From an uncultured Clostridia bacterium (GTDB lineage Bacteria > Bacillota > Clostridia > Christensenellales > UBA1242): a stretch of 64,000 nt of DNA. Every line of letters starts with the position of its first letter. Position 1 is the stretch's first letter. The notes under the pieces are model-generated. The model was not told the origin of the DNA. It made no database searches and saw nothing but the letters and a program-made list of their open reading frames with translations. Where the stretch lies: the NCBI GenBank assembly GCA_934747805.1, contig CAKVHC010000003.1, positions 64,402 through 128,401 on the forward strand. The letters run 5' to 3'. Positions 9,292-19,020 of the stretch are shown here, one piece after another. The position numbers were made by a program, and so were the translations under genes.

Positions 9292-10052
9292 AACTCGCTA
9301 ATTTCTCTCTTTCGTGCTTTTTCTTTCGGTTCTTTGTTAGACAATAATTTCTGCCCTGCGATTAACATAAATGTTATAATTCCAGTAGGCACAGCCAAAA
9401 TACCGATAATAATATTGGTATTTTTTTTGCTTAATTTTGTTTCGGCAACGCTTGGTCTTAGCCAGCTCGGCTCGTCAGTGTATGTCATATTTTCCGTATT
9501 CAAAAGCACTTTGTTCATTTTGTCACACATATCGCTATACACATAGCCGTACAGAGTTTTTTCACCAGTGTATTTGCAATAATACCATACGTTAGTGCGT
9601 TCCTTGATGACTTCCACGCCCTCAATTGCACCTAGATAGGTTATGTTGGTGGTGTAGAGTGGCAGATATTCAATGAGCGTGCTGCTTCCGCCCTCGTCAC
9701 TAGGCTCGCTCCTAAGACTTCGGCTTTGGTCGCCATAAATGCGAAAACTTATGCCAGACGCATACGGACAGTTCGGTTCGCCATCCACAAATGACACCAG
9801 GTTTTTCTTCACATAACCTTTTATGCCGTTATATTCCGCTTTGTAGAAGTTGTCGTTCGCACTGGCAGTAATTTTCACAAAATATGTGCGGTCTATGGCA
9901 AAATACTTGTTGTCAAAATCTTCGCTAATTACAGGCGAACGATACAGATACACATTATATCCATTAACTCGTGCAAAACACGACTGCGATGCGGACGTGT
10001 TTTTTATAGGACAAAATGCCAAAAGTATGGCAAGAACGATTAGAATTTTCAT
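9288..10052 (-). CDS. Secreted/anchored protein with two SH3b-like segments
   Basis: Signal peptide (MKILIVLAILLAFCPI), two regions of the type YNVYLYRSP...GYVKK and LRSEPS...YGYVYS, and a C-terminal TM helix plus basic tail. Confidence 0.4.
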   Translation of the reverse strand: MKILIVLAILLAFCPIKNTSASQSCFARVNGYNVYLYRSPVISEDFDNKYFAIDRTYFVKITASANDNFYKAEYNGIKGYVKKNLVSFVDGEPNCPYASGISFRIYGDQSRSLRSEPSDEGGSSTLIEYLPLYTTNITYLGAIEGVEVIKERTNVWYYCKYTGEKTLYGYVYSDMCDKMNKVLLNTENMTYTDEPSWLRPSVAETKLSKKNTNIIIGILAVPTGIITFMLIAGQKLLSNKEPKEKARKREISEF

Positions 10053-10166
10053 AACACAATTTTAGCAAAACGTACATTTGCGCACATATTTTGGACTTTG
10101 ACAAAATCCGTAAAATAAGCACCAGTTTTGTAGTTTTTTTTGCTAAATTGAACTTTTGGAGAGAAA

Positions 10167-11594
10167 ATGAATAGAGAATTAGTCATCAAATTATTGAAAA
10201 TCAAGCGTGAGCAGGCTCGCAGATACAAAAACAATCGTCTCAGCCGATACAACATGGGCGAGAAGATACACGAGAAACAACTTTTGTTTCACAAATGCCC
10301 CAAGAAGAACCGCTGGGTTTTTGGCGGCAACCGTTCGGGCAAAACAGAGTGCGGAGCGGTGGAAACAATATACTTTGCACGTGGCAACCACCCATATCGT
10401 CATTTGACCCACGCTACGAGCGGCTGGGTGGTGTCACTCACCACGCAGGTTCAACGTGACGTTGCTCAAGCCAAAATTTTGCAATATTTGAACCCAGATT
10501 GGATAGTGGACATAACAATGAGTCAGGGGCGAAAGGATAGCCCACAGCGAGGCGTTATCGACCAATTGGTCATAAAAAACATATTCGGTACGACCAGTAC
10601 AATCGGCTTTAAGAGTTGTGATCAAGGGCGTGAGAAATTTCAAGGCACGTCGCTAGATTATGTCTGGTTTGACGAAGAACCGCCAGAAGATATTTACACC
10701 GAATGCAAAATGCGTCTTTTAGACAAAGACGGCGATATGTTCGGCACTATGACGCCATTAAAAGGCTTGACGTTTGTCTATGACCAAATCTATCTCAACA
10801 AGTCCAGTGACCCAGAAATTTGGACAACGCAAATGTCGTGGGACGACAATCCGTTCATCAGTGAACGTGCCAAAAAGGAAATGTGTGCCAACTTAAGCCC
10901 AGAAGTCTTGCGTTCACGCAAATATGGTGAATTTATGAGTGAAGGCGGACAGGTCTATCCCGAGTTTGACCCGGAAATCAATGTGATTGAGCCATTCAAC
11001 ATTCCTTACGATTGGCAGGACAAACTCTCAATTGACCCGGGACTCAAAAATCCTCTGTCTTGCCATTGGTACGCAGTGGACTATGACGGCAACGTGTATG
11101 TCGTGGCTGAGCATTATGACCGAGAAAAAGACATCAGCTATCACGCAGACTGCATACACAAGATCTGCGAGCGACTAAACTGGCACACCCTGCCAAATGG
11201 CAACATCGAAGCCCTTATAGACAGCGCCGCCAACCAAACAACGCTTGCCAGCACACGCAGTGTGGCTGACCTTTTTTATGACTACGGCATAAGCGTGAAC
11301 ACGAATGTAAACAAGGATCTGTTTTCAGGCATCAACCGAGTGAAGTCCTATCTGTGTGATGCCAACGGCAACCGCAAACTTTTCATATTTTCCACTTGCA
11401 CCAACATGATAAGAGAAATGAAAGGCTATTTGTGGGGCAACGCCGACCATCCAATCAAGCGTGATGATCACTCAATGGACGAGCTTCGCTATTACATAAT
11501 GTCACGCCCAGAAAATCACCAAACTAAGCCTGTGCAAAACGACCGACAAAAGCATTTGAATAGGCTAATTAGGAGGAATAAATATGGCATCTAA
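10167..11594 (+). CDS. terL: Phage terminase large subunit
   Basis: Walker A GGNRSGKTECG, Walker B LDYVWFDEEP, and a C-terminal nuclease-like domain (LSIDPG...VAEHY...DELRY). Confidence 0.85.
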   Translation: MNRELVIKLLKIKREQARRYKNNRLSRYNMGEKIHEKQLLFHKCPKKNRWVFGGNRSGKTECGAVETIYFARGNHPYRHLTHATSGWVVSLTTQVQRDVAQAKILQYLNPDWIVDITMSQGRKDSPQRGVIDQLVIKNIFGTTSTIGFKSCDQGREKFQGTSLDYVWFDEEPPEDIYTECKMRLLDKDGDMFGTMTPLKGLTFVYDQIYLNKSSDPEIWTTQMSWDDNPFISERAKKEMCANLSPEVLRSRKYGEFMSEGGQVYPEFDPEINVIEPFNIPYDWQDKLSIDPGLKNPLSCHWYAVDYDGNVYVVAEHYDREKDISYHADCIHKICERLNWHTLPNGNIEALIDSAANQTTLASTRSVADLFYDYGISVNTNVNKDLFSGINRVKSYLCDANGNRKLFIFSTCTNMIREMKGYLWGNADHPIKRDDHSMDELRYYIMSRPENHQTKPVQNDRQKHLNRLIRRNKYGI

Positions 11595-11895
11595 AACCAA
11601 GCGAACCACCACCACAAAGTCGCTCAAGGGCAAACTGAAAGACTATGCTTTTGGCTATACTTTGACCGAAACTGTCAGTGAATATAACAAAACAGAAAAT
11701 GATGGGTTACAATTAGTGAAACAAAAGATAACAGAAAAAACTGTTCCGCCAGACGTGAATCTAATCAAACTCATATACGACCTAGACGGCGAGCAAGGGG
11801 AGTATGCGAGCATGACAGACGACGAGCTAGAAGCGGAAGCCAATAAGATTATGAAAACTTTAAAGAACGGAGATAAAAATGGAACTAAAACTTAA
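11584..11895 (+). CDS. Hypothetical phage protein
   Basis: AGGAGG RBS. Overlaps the terL stop. 103 aa, acidic C-terminus. Confidence 0.45.
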   Translation: MASKTKRTTTTKSLKGKLKDYAFGYTLTETVSEYNKTENDGLQLVKQKITEKTVPPDVNLIKLIYDLDGEQGEYASMTDDELEAEANKIMKTLKNGDKNGTKT

Positions 11896-12094
11896 TGTCG
11901 TCACCAAATGTGACAACTGTGGCAAGGATGCCCACTTTCGTTTATCTCAAAAGAAAAAATTCACTCGTGCAAACGTGGACTTGTGCGAAGAGTGTTTTCG
12001 TGCGTTGTACGCCTTTATGGGCTGTTATATCACGCCAACCAGTCCAGCACCACCATTCAAACTAAAAAAGGAGAACAAACAAAGTGAAGACTAA
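11879..12094 (+). CDS. Hypothetical small zinc-ribbon phage protein
   Basis: CDNCGK...CEEC (CxxC-x24-CxxC). Translationally coupled on both sides. Confidence 0.4.
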   Translation: MELKLNVVTKCDNCGKDAHFRLSQKKKFTRANVDLCEECFRALYAFMGCYITPTSPAPPFKLKKENKQSED

Positions 12095-13979
12095 ACAGTT
12101 AAAAGAAGAAGAACTTGTCGCCAGCGTAAAACGGGATTTTATCTCTCGCCAACAAGCCCGCAAAAGTTATGAAGCACAGTGGCAACTCAATCTCAATTTT
12201 TTAATGGGCAACCAGTATAGCCAAATTGCACCTAACGGATCGGTTACGACGGCGGACAAACAATATTTTTGGCAAGAAAAAGAAGTGTTCAATCATATCG
12301 CACCGACAATTGAAGTACGCTCTGCCAAAATCGCAAGGCTCAGACCAAATATGGCGGTCTTGCCAGCCAGCACGGACGAACGAGATATGCAGTCGGCTAA
12401 GGTCAGCAAAGATATTTTGAGTGCAGTCAGCAACAAAATCGCTCTCAACGACCTAACCAAACAAGCGATTATTTGGAGCGAAGTGTGTGGCACGGCATTC
12501 TATAAAGTCGTGTGGAACAATGCTCTTGGCAAGGTGATTGCCACTGACGAAAAGGGCAAACTCGTGCGAGAAGGTGACGTGGACGTCATTGTCTGCTCGC
12601 CATTTGAAATCTTTCCTGAAAACTTGTCGTGTGAAAACATTGCCGACCAAAAGAGCATCATTCACGCCAAAGCTTATCATGTAAGTGAAGTCAAGGACAT
12701 TTGGGGCGTGGACGTTATGCCTGAAAGGGTGCATTCATTCTCACTCACCAATCAAACCAATTCGATTGGCGGACTGGGTTATGATGCGAGCATAAATAAA
12801 ATCAGCGACATTGAACTCAAGGACCACTGCGTAGTCATCGAACGATATGAACGACCTACTACAGACCGTCCTAATGGCAGACTTACAATCGTTGCAGGCG
12901 ACAAACTTCTGTTTGACGGCGACCTGCCTTATATCAACGGCGATCAAGGACAGAGAGAACTGCCATTCATTAAACAAATCTCAATCTTTATGCCAGGCTG
13001 TTTCTATGGCACAAGCATCGTAGAGCGTATGATACCAATTCAGCGTGCATACAATGCTGTACGCAACCGAAAACACGAATATCTCAACCGTCTCACAATG
13101 GGCGTTCTCACTGTGGAAGACGGCTCAGTCGACACCGAAATGCTGGAAGAAGAAGGACTTTGCCCAGGCAAAGTGCTTGTCTATCGTCAAGGTGGCAAAG
13201 CCCCAGCCATTATGTCCACAGCCAATAACAACACGGATTTCGATACCGAAGAAAGCAAACTTTTGGACGAGTTTAAGTCGATTTCTGGTGTCAGCGACCT
13301 GATGCGTGAATCTTTTGCCAATTACACGAATATGTCAGGCGTGGCATTGCAACTTTTGAGTGAACAAGACGACACTCGCATTGCTAGTTCGCTAGACAGT
13401 GTCAAGTCGGCAATGTGCATAATCGGTAAATATGTGCTTCGCTTATACAAACAATTCGCTGTCATTCCACGTCTACTTAAACTCGTGGGTGAGAATGGCA
13501 AGGTGGAAATGTATTATTGGTCAAGCAACGAAATTTGCTCGGACGACGTTGTGCTGGACACCACCAGTGACGCTAGTGAAACGATTGCCCAAAAACGCAC
13601 TATGGTACTCGACCTATTGAAGAGTGGCTTGCTCTATGACAATGAAGGCAAACTTTCACAAAATATGCGTAAAAAATGCCTAGATCTTCTCGGCTTTGGC
13701 GTGTGGGAGCATACTCAAGACCTCACCACTTTGCAGATCAATCACGCACACCAAGAGTGCATAGACATGCTGGCTGGCAAGGAAATAACCCCAACGTCAA
13801 TCGACGACCACAAATTGCACATTGATGAGCATATTGCTTTTATGCTCAGTGAAGATTTTAGACAAGCTGTGGAAAAGACTCCAGACTTGTTCAAAAAGTT
13901 TGAACACCATGTCAACATACATAAACAGATTTTAGCCAAAGAAAACATAAACGAAAATGAAGATAAAAAAGGAGATTAA
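12084..13979 (+). CDS. Phage portal protein
   Basis: 631-aa ORF between terL and the scaffold/capsid genes, with a GTG start after AAGGAG. Call rests on size and gene order. Confidence 0.6.
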   Translation: MKTKQLKEEELVASVKRDFISRQQARKSYEAQWQLNLNFLMGNQYSQIAPNGSVTTADKQYFWQEKEVFNHIAPTIEVRSAKIARLRPNMAVLPASTDERDMQSAKVSKDILSAVSNKIALNDLTKQAIIWSEVCGTAFYKVVWNNALGKVIATDEKGKLVREGDVDVIVCSPFEIFPENLSCENIADQKSIIHAKAYHVSEVKDIWGVDVMPERVHSFSLTNQTNSIGGLGYDASINKISDIELKDHCVVIERYERPTTDRPNGRLTIVAGDKLLFDGDLPYINGDQGQRELPFIKQISIFMPGCFYGTSIVERMIPIQRAYNAVRNRKHEYLNRLTMGVLTVEDGSVDTEMLEEEGLCPGKVLVYRQGGKAPAIMSTANNNTDFDTEESKLLDEFKSISGVSDLMRESFANYTNMSGVALQLLSEQDDTRIASSLDSVKSAMCIIGKYVLRLYKQFAVIPRLLKLVGENGKVEMYYWSSNEICSDDVVLDTTSDASETIAQKRTMVLDLLKSGLLYDNEGKLSQNMRKKCLDLLGFGVWEHTQDLTTLQINHAHQECIDMLAGKEITPTSIDDHKLHIDEHIAFMLSEDFRQAVEKTPDLFKKFEHHVNIHKQILAKENINENEDKKGD

Positions 13980-13981
13980 TT

Positions 13982-14686
13982 ATGGAAAATTTGGAACAAC
14001 CAAACGTTAGTTGTCCATTAGCAGACGATGAGCAAATTTTAAATCAAGGAGGCGAGGGCAATAGACAAGTTGTTACTCATTCTACGAATGATTCGCTTGG
14101 CTCTACTAATCTTGAATCGGCATCGCAAAATGCGAAAATAGACACTAGCAACGGCTCCAAAGATTATGGCAAATTCGCCAGTGCGGACGAACTCTTGAAG
14201 GCTTACAATAGCCTTCAAGCCGAGTTCACACGAAAATGTCAGGCACTCAATGCCTTAGAGTCCAATACAAGTTCGGTCGAACCATTGGAACTTATTCAAA
14301 AGATAAAACAATCGGTTGACGAGTTTAGTGCCAGTCGTCCGCTTGCCCAAAAGTACGCCAAAGAGATTATGGACAAAGTTATTTCTAGCGAGAGTCCACT
14401 AGACCCAAAAAGTCTAAACAAGGCATACACTTCAGTTTTGGAATCACATTTTGCCGAGCCAGAAAACTTGGTGCGTGACGAAAACTTTTTGTCTAACTAT
14501 ATTTTTAGCGACAGTGCTTTGTGCGACCAAATCGTGACCAAATATCTTTCCAAACTCGCCGACAAAAAGACTGTGCCGCTCGTGGCAAAGTCGTCAAAGT
14601 CGAGCGTATCTCTCAGGCAAATAACCAATCCTCAGACAATCAACGAAGCAGGGGAAATGGCGAGAAAAATTATCACTAAAAAATAG
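13982..14686 (+). CDS. Putative capsid scaffolding protein
   Basis: 234 aa, low complexity and helical (ADELLKAYNSLQAEFTRKCQAL). Sits directly between portal and capsid. Confidence 0.45.
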   Translation: MENLEQPNVSCPLADDEQILNQGGEGNRQVVTHSTNDSLGSTNLESASQNAKIDTSNGSKDYGKFASADELLKAYNSLQAEFTRKCQALNALESNTSSVEPLELIQKIKQSVDEFSASRPLAQKYAKEIMDKVISSESPLDPKSLNKAYTSVLESHFAEPENLVRDENFLSNYIFSDSALCDQIVTKYLSKLADKKTVPLVAKSSKSSVSLRQITNPQTINEAGEMARKIITKK

Positions 14687-14694
14687 GAGATTTT

Positions 14695-15912
14695 ATGATT
14701 AGTTTACAATCAGCAGAAAACGCTTTGAAAGAAGCGTATCTTTCAGTGGCTTGCAACCAACTGAACACCAATGCCAATCCACTTTTGGCTAAAATCAAGC
14801 AATCTAGCACCGACGTATATGGCAAAAATATCATCAAGCCTTGCCAAGTAGGTCTTAACGGCGGTGTAGGTGCAGGAACGGAAACAGGCAGTTTGCCAAC
14901 TGCATCAGGCAACAACTACAAACAATTCAAGACCACACTCAAAAACCTTTATGGTACATTTGAAATCAGCGACAAAGCCATTCGTGCATCCAGTGCAAAT
15001 CCTGGCGCATTCGTAAACCTTTTGAACGCTGAAATTGACGGACTTTTGACTGCCAGCAAGTTCAATCTTGGCAGAATGTTGTATGGTGACGGCAGCGGCA
15101 AAGTTTGCACAGTTGCTTCATACAATTCTACAAGCAAAGTTGTCACAGTAGATAGTGTAAAAGGCGTTGCCGAAGGCATGATCCTTGACTGCTACTCTGG
15201 TGACTCAATCGTTGCCAACAACTCTGGTCTTAAAGTAGCGGCTGTTGACCGTGTCAACAAAACTATCAAGTTTGCTACAGATCCAGGCACAGCATTGACA
15301 ACTTCACATGCCTTCTACATTCAAGGCTCAAAGGACAATGAAATCACTGGTCTTGGAGCAATCTTTGGTTCAAGCACAAGCTTGTACGGACTCACTCGTG
15401 CCGACAACACTTGGCTCACTCCATACAAATCTACTAGCGCAATCGAAATCAGTGACAGCGCAATGCAAACTGCAATCGACTCTCTAGAAGAAAACACTGG
15501 AGCAAACATCGACTTCATCACTTGTGCAAGTGACGTGCGTCGTGCATATCAACAATATCTTGCTAACTACAGCCGCAACATTGACGTTGTGAATTTGGAA
15601 GGCGGTTTCAAAGCCTTGACTTTCAACGGCATTCCTGTAATCAGCGACCGTTTCATTGACAACGGCACAATGTATATGTTGGACACATCGAAATTCACTC
15701 TTTGTCAGCTCTGCGATTGGGAATGGTTAGAAGGTGAAGGCGGTAACATCATTCGTCAAAAACCAGGTTATCCGGCTTACACTGCAACATTGGTTAAATA
15801 CGCTGACTTGTTGTGCGAATTGCCAGCAGGCCAAGCAAAGTTCACCAACGTTAAGTCTACTGTGACTAACCCATTTGTGACAGTCGTTGAAAAGAGTGCT
15901 AGCAGCAACTAA
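14695..15912 (+). CDS. Phage major capsid protein (HK97-fold type)
   Basis: 405 aa in the capsid position. The FNLGRMLYGDGSGKV segment resembles the HK97-family LxGDGxG motif. High codon-bias appearance. Confidence 0.6.
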   Translation: MISLQSAENALKEAYLSVACNQLNTNANPLLAKIKQSSTDVYGKNIIKPCQVGLNGGVGAGTETGSLPTASGNNYKQFKTTLKNLYGTFEISDKAIRASSANPGAFVNLLNAEIDGLLTASKFNLGRMLYGDGSGKVCTVASYNSTSKVVTVDSVKGVAEGMILDCYSGDSIVANNSGLKVAAVDRVNKTIKFATDPGTALTTSHAFYIQGSKDNEITGLGAIFGSSTSLYGLTRADNTWLTPYKSTSAIEISDSAMQTAIDSLEENTGANIDFITCASDVRRAYQQYLANYSRNIDVVNLEGGFKALTFNGIPVISDRFIDNGTMYMLDTSKFTLCQLCDWEWLEGEGGNIIRQKPGYPAYTATLVKYADLLCELPAGQAKFTNVKSTVTNPFVTVVEKSASSN

Positions 15913-15935
15913 TTTGTCTTGGACAGGGGAGAAAA

Positions 15936-16271
15936 ATGAAAATCAGACTTTTTCACGATTTATTTAATATTGTTGGGCGAGTAAAGAGTATAGATTCGCA
16001 TTATGAGATTGTATTTGACACAGAGCGAAAATGTTTTGAGATTCATAATAGCAGACAGGCAGGCAACACGTTCTGCCTGTCTGTTGATTCTGCCTCGCTA
16101 GACAGTCGTGTCGTGGACAAACTTTTACGCTCACGCACCGAATTTGCACGAGATATCTTCAACGAAATTGACGATTACAATGCAAAAATTACTAGATTAA
16201 ACAATGAAAAATCCAAAGAAGAAATTTATTCAAAAATACACCATCAATCACAAAAAAGGAGTGAATTATGA
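15936..16271 (+). CDS. Hypothetical phage protein
   Basis: GGGGAG RBS. 111 aa. Confidence 0.45.
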   Translation: MKIRLFHDLFNIVGRVKSIDSHYEIVFDTERKCFEIHNSRQAGNTFCLSVDSASLDSRVVDKLLRSRTEFARDIFNEIDDYNAKITRLNNEKSKEEIYSKIHHQSQKRSEL

Positions 16272-16912
16272 ACGCCTTACATATTATTTTGAATAGTGCT
16301 AGGCTACTCGACGACAGCGAACTTGCCACCAGCGAAACGCTTTTAGCAGTGGAAGACAGATATTCGCCTTTCAACACCACTGTCACCGAAGGCAGTGAAA
16401 GCGGAACGAGCAGTGAACAAGCTACTGAGTTGGAGTCAATTTACACATCTTATCCACGCCTAAAAACCTATCTTTCCGCATTAAATTTTGTCGTTAGCGA
16501 GTTGGCAGAAGGATATTATCGCATCCCAGCCAGCGTCAAAGCTGTGACGACGGATAACAAAGTTTTTATTCGCAAACTAGGTGGTTTTGCCGGAATTATT
16601 TCAGTGACCGATGCGTTAGGAAATTATGTCGACTATTCAATGGCGGAAGACAATGCCATAGTTTTTGAAAAAAACGGTGTCTACACCATTAACTATTATC
16701 AAATTCCAGTTGTCAAAGACATATATTCCAAACTTGGTTATTTTGCCGATAGGGTAGATTTCAATCTGCTCGCATACGGCGTGTGTGCCAGTTATTGTTT
16801 GATGACAGGGCGATATGCCGAGTTTAACGAGTTCGATAAAATCTACCGTGCAAGACTGCCTAAAAAGGTGGTTGGCAAAGTCATAACAATGCCATACAAG
16901 AGGTGGGTATGA
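16268..16912 (+). CDS. Hypothetical phage structural protein (possible head-tail adaptor by position)
   Basis: ATGA overlap with the upstream gene. 214 aa. Confidence 0.4.
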   Translation: MNALHIILNSARLLDDSELATSETLLAVEDRYSPFNTTVTEGSESGTSSEQATELESIYTSYPRLKTYLSALNFVVSELAEGYYRIPASVKAVTTDNKVFIRKLGGFAGIISVTDALGNYVDYSMAEDNAIVFEKNGVYTINYYQIPVVKDIYSKLGYFADRVDFNLLAYGVCASYCLMTGRYAEFNEFDKIYRARLPKKVVGKVITMPYKRWV

Positions 16913-18372
16913 TTAGCACCAAAACCACAAAATATGTCCTTAACGATTTCACTGTAGACAAGACGGACTACGCCGACAAGTTTGTGGTTAAAGAGCAATA
17001 CGGTTATCTACTCAAAAACCGCAAACTTACTACAGGTTTGGGTTTTGAAAGCCTGACTTTACCACAGAATATGACAGTTGGTAGCACAGAAGATTCTGTA
17101 GACTATTCCTCGCTAAAAGACACAATGACAAAATTGCAAATATTCTCATATTTTAAAGGTTATCACAAGGATAGCTCGGCAACTAATAAGTATGATAGAC
17201 GTTTGCAATTCTATGGTGAGGACGGCGGAATATATGAACTGTCCCCATTCGTCAACGACACAGAAATTTATCGCATCTACCCAAACAATCTGACGCTAAC
17301 CAGCATTCCAGTGGCACTCAACTTTAGGCAAAACGGCGAAGACATGGTAATCTTGTCCAATTCAACGGACAATATGCTAGTTTGGAAATGTGCGACCAAC
17401 GCACCGCAAGCGTTCAACTTGGATTATCATCTCACCAGCCTGTGCGAAAACGACGGCATTTTGTATGCAACAACTGACGGCGATGCCAAAACGCTTTTCT
17501 TCACCACCACGCTAGACCCAACTCTAGTGGATGAAACCAATAGTGGCACGATTGACTTGACGGATAACAGAGGTGCAAGTCTCAAGGTTATCTCATTCAA
17601 GGGCTATGTGTATGTGTTTAGAGAATATGGAATCACCAAACTCACACGTTTGGCAAGCGGCACTTACGCCATTTCACAGCTCTATTCCAGTCCAAGCCGA
17701 ATTTATGACAAAACGGTGACAGTGTGCGGCGACAAAATCATCTTCTTGTCACGCAACGGACTCAATAGTTTCAATGGCATTAATGTCACGAAAATCACTA
17801 CACCATACGATGACGTCTTGTGTCAAACCGAAAATTCCCATGCAATGGCTGAGTGTTTGGGCAACAAATACTATCTAGCTTGCACGTTAAACTTTCCAGA
17901 TTTAAAGGCAAGCGAGCAAAACTTGACTCACAACGCCTTTATGGCGGTTGACATCACCAATTTTGACACGAGCGTCGTGCGTAGCGTAGATATTGCGTCA
18001 ATGCTCGCCGTCAACGATTTCGCAATGCAAAAATTGGTCGTCACCTTCAACAACGCCAACCAGCGTGAGATAGGGCAGTTGAGCGAGAAAGGAAAATTTC
18101 TGACACAAAATACCACCAAAACAATTTCAACCAATAAGATAGACTTTGGTGAAAAAGGCAGACGCATTTCCAAACTGGAAATCAATGCATCGCTCGGCAC
18201 AAAAGTCGACATTGTGACCGACCAAGCAACCCTGCACTTCGTTTGCACCAAAGACGGTTACAACGCTTTTGCACCATATGCGAAGGCAACCAGTGCCAAA
18301 ATTTTGGTGGACGCCAACAGCGATTCGGCGTTTCTGGATGAAATAACTTTAACCTCTACGGAGATAAAATGA
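16909..18372 (+). CDS. Hypothetical phage structural protein, repeat/beta-rich (possible short tail or receptor-binding component)
   Basis: ATGA overlap at 16909-16912 (the track ORF starts at GTG 16903). 487 aa with recurring beta-strand-like segments. Confidence 0.4.
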   Translation: MISTKTTKYVLNDFTVDKTDYADKFVVKEQYGYLLKNRKLTTGLGFESLTLPQNMTVGSTEDSVDYSSLKDTMTKLQIFSYFKGYHKDSSATNKYDRRLQFYGEDGGIYELSPFVNDTEIYRIYPNNLTLTSIPVALNFRQNGEDMVILSNSTDNMLVWKCATNAPQAFNLDYHLTSLCENDGILYATTDGDAKTLFFTTTLDPTLVDETNSGTIDLTDNRGASLKVISFKGYVYVFREYGITKLTRLASGTYAISQLYSSPSRIYDKTVTVCGDKIIFLSRNGLNSFNGINVTKITTPYDDVLCQTENSHAMAECLGNKYYLACTLNFPDLKASEQNLTHNAFMAVDITNFDTSVVRSVDIASMLAVNDFAMQKLVVTFNNANQREIGQLSEKGKFLTQNTTKTISTNKIDFGEKGRRISKLEINASLGTKVDIVTDQATLHFVCTKDGYNAFAPYAKATSAKILVDANSDSAFLDEITLTSTEIK

Positions 18373-18515
18373 CAAAACAGCAATACCAAAATTGGATAAG
18401 AAACATAGAATGTAACGAGTGCGGATGTAGTGATTATATTGGTTGGATAGTTAGTCCTGTTGCCAAAGTGGACACGCAGCCACACTCAAAAAGGAGCAAA
18501 AATGAAAAAGTTTAA
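18369..18515 (+). CDS. Small Cys-rich hypothetical protein (48 aa), not in ORF track
   Basis: ATG 18369 overlaps the upstream TGA as ATGA. Hand translation gives MTKQQYQNWIRNIECNECGCSDYIGWIVSPVAKVDTQPHSKRSKNEKV. Its end overlaps the holin start. Confidence 0.3.
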   Translation: MTKQQYQNWIRNIECNECGCSDYIGWIVSPVAKVDTQPHSKRSKNEKV

Positions 18516-18780
18516 GAATGGCGGTTTTTGGGTTAGCCTAGTAAGTGCCATACTGCTCATTTTGCAAGCCATTTTTGGCTGGAAAATCGACAATGCACTT
18601 GTGACGGAAATTTCAAGTAGCGTGCTTGGACTTTTGGTAGTGGTTGGCATTATTAAGGATCATGACACCGCAAAAAAGTCAAATGACACCACTGACCCTA
18701 CGCCTGATGAAACTATTTCACCAGACGACAACAAGGAAAACTCAGAAACAGAAACCGAGCAGGATTCAAACAAAAATTAA
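18502..18780 (+). CDS. Phage holin (phi-LC3-like family pattern)
   Basis: AAGGAG RBS. FKNGGFWVSLVSAILLILQAIFGW plus a second TM (VLGLLVVVGIIKD) and an acidic tail. The track ORF starts at TTG 18460. Confidence 0.65.
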   Translation: MKKFKNGGFWVSLVSAILLILQAIFGWKIDNALVTEISSSVLGLLVVVGIIKDHDTAKKSNDTTDPTPDETISPDDNKENSETETEQDSNKN

Positions 18781-18806
18781 AGGAGTATGCAAATACTCCT
18801 TTTTTT
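18779..18806 (+). terminator. Rho-independent terminator after the holin gene
   Basis: AGGAGTAT/ATACTCCT stem, a 4-nt loop and TTTTTT. Confidence 0.7.
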
Positions 18807-18808
18807 CA

Positions 18809-18919
18809 GGCCTAATGTTCGGACACGAGATTGGAAGCACGATCACAAAGTCAGTTTACACACATGCTAGTGTCGAAAGCGAAAAAGAGAGTATAACTCT
18901 CTTCGAAACCAAATTTTAA
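18809..18919 (+). pseudogene. Relic of a tyrosine recombinase (integrase) gene: last ~36 codons only
   Basis: Hand translation gives GLMFGHEIGSTITKSVYTHASVESEKESITLFETKF*. This matches the integrase C-terminal LGH-x5-T-x4-Y-x-H box with the catalytic Tyr. There is no upstream catalytic domain, since the frame runs into the holin gene. Confidence 0.5.
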
Positions 18920-18952
18920 CAACAAAACTGTACACTTTCTGTACACTTTTTT

Positions 18953-18990
18953 TAAACAAAAAAATATATAGACATTTTCAGTCTATATAT
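18953..18990 (-). terminator. Terminator of the tRNA-Gln(CUG) transcript
   Basis: ATATATAGAC/GTCTATATAT 10-bp stem. The minus strand is followed by ATTTTTTTGTTT. Confidence 0.6.
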
Positions 18991-19020
18991 TGTGGTAGTA
19001 GTCGTTTCAAAAACACTATA

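Larger units (their letters stand above)
8827..18919 (+). mobile_element. Degraded or reduced prophage-like island (activator, packaging/head operon, holin, integrase relic) abutting tRNA-Gln
   Basis: TerL, portal, scaffold, capsid and holin calls are below. An integrase C-terminal fragment lies at 18809-18919, and the tRNA-Gln 3' end at 19021. Confidence 0.6.

Noticed and set aside
18644-18919. The 91-aa track ORF taken as a single gene.
   Set aside because: Its first two thirds overlap the holin gene out of frame and cross a terminator. Only the last 36 codons, the integrase-like relic, are meaningful.
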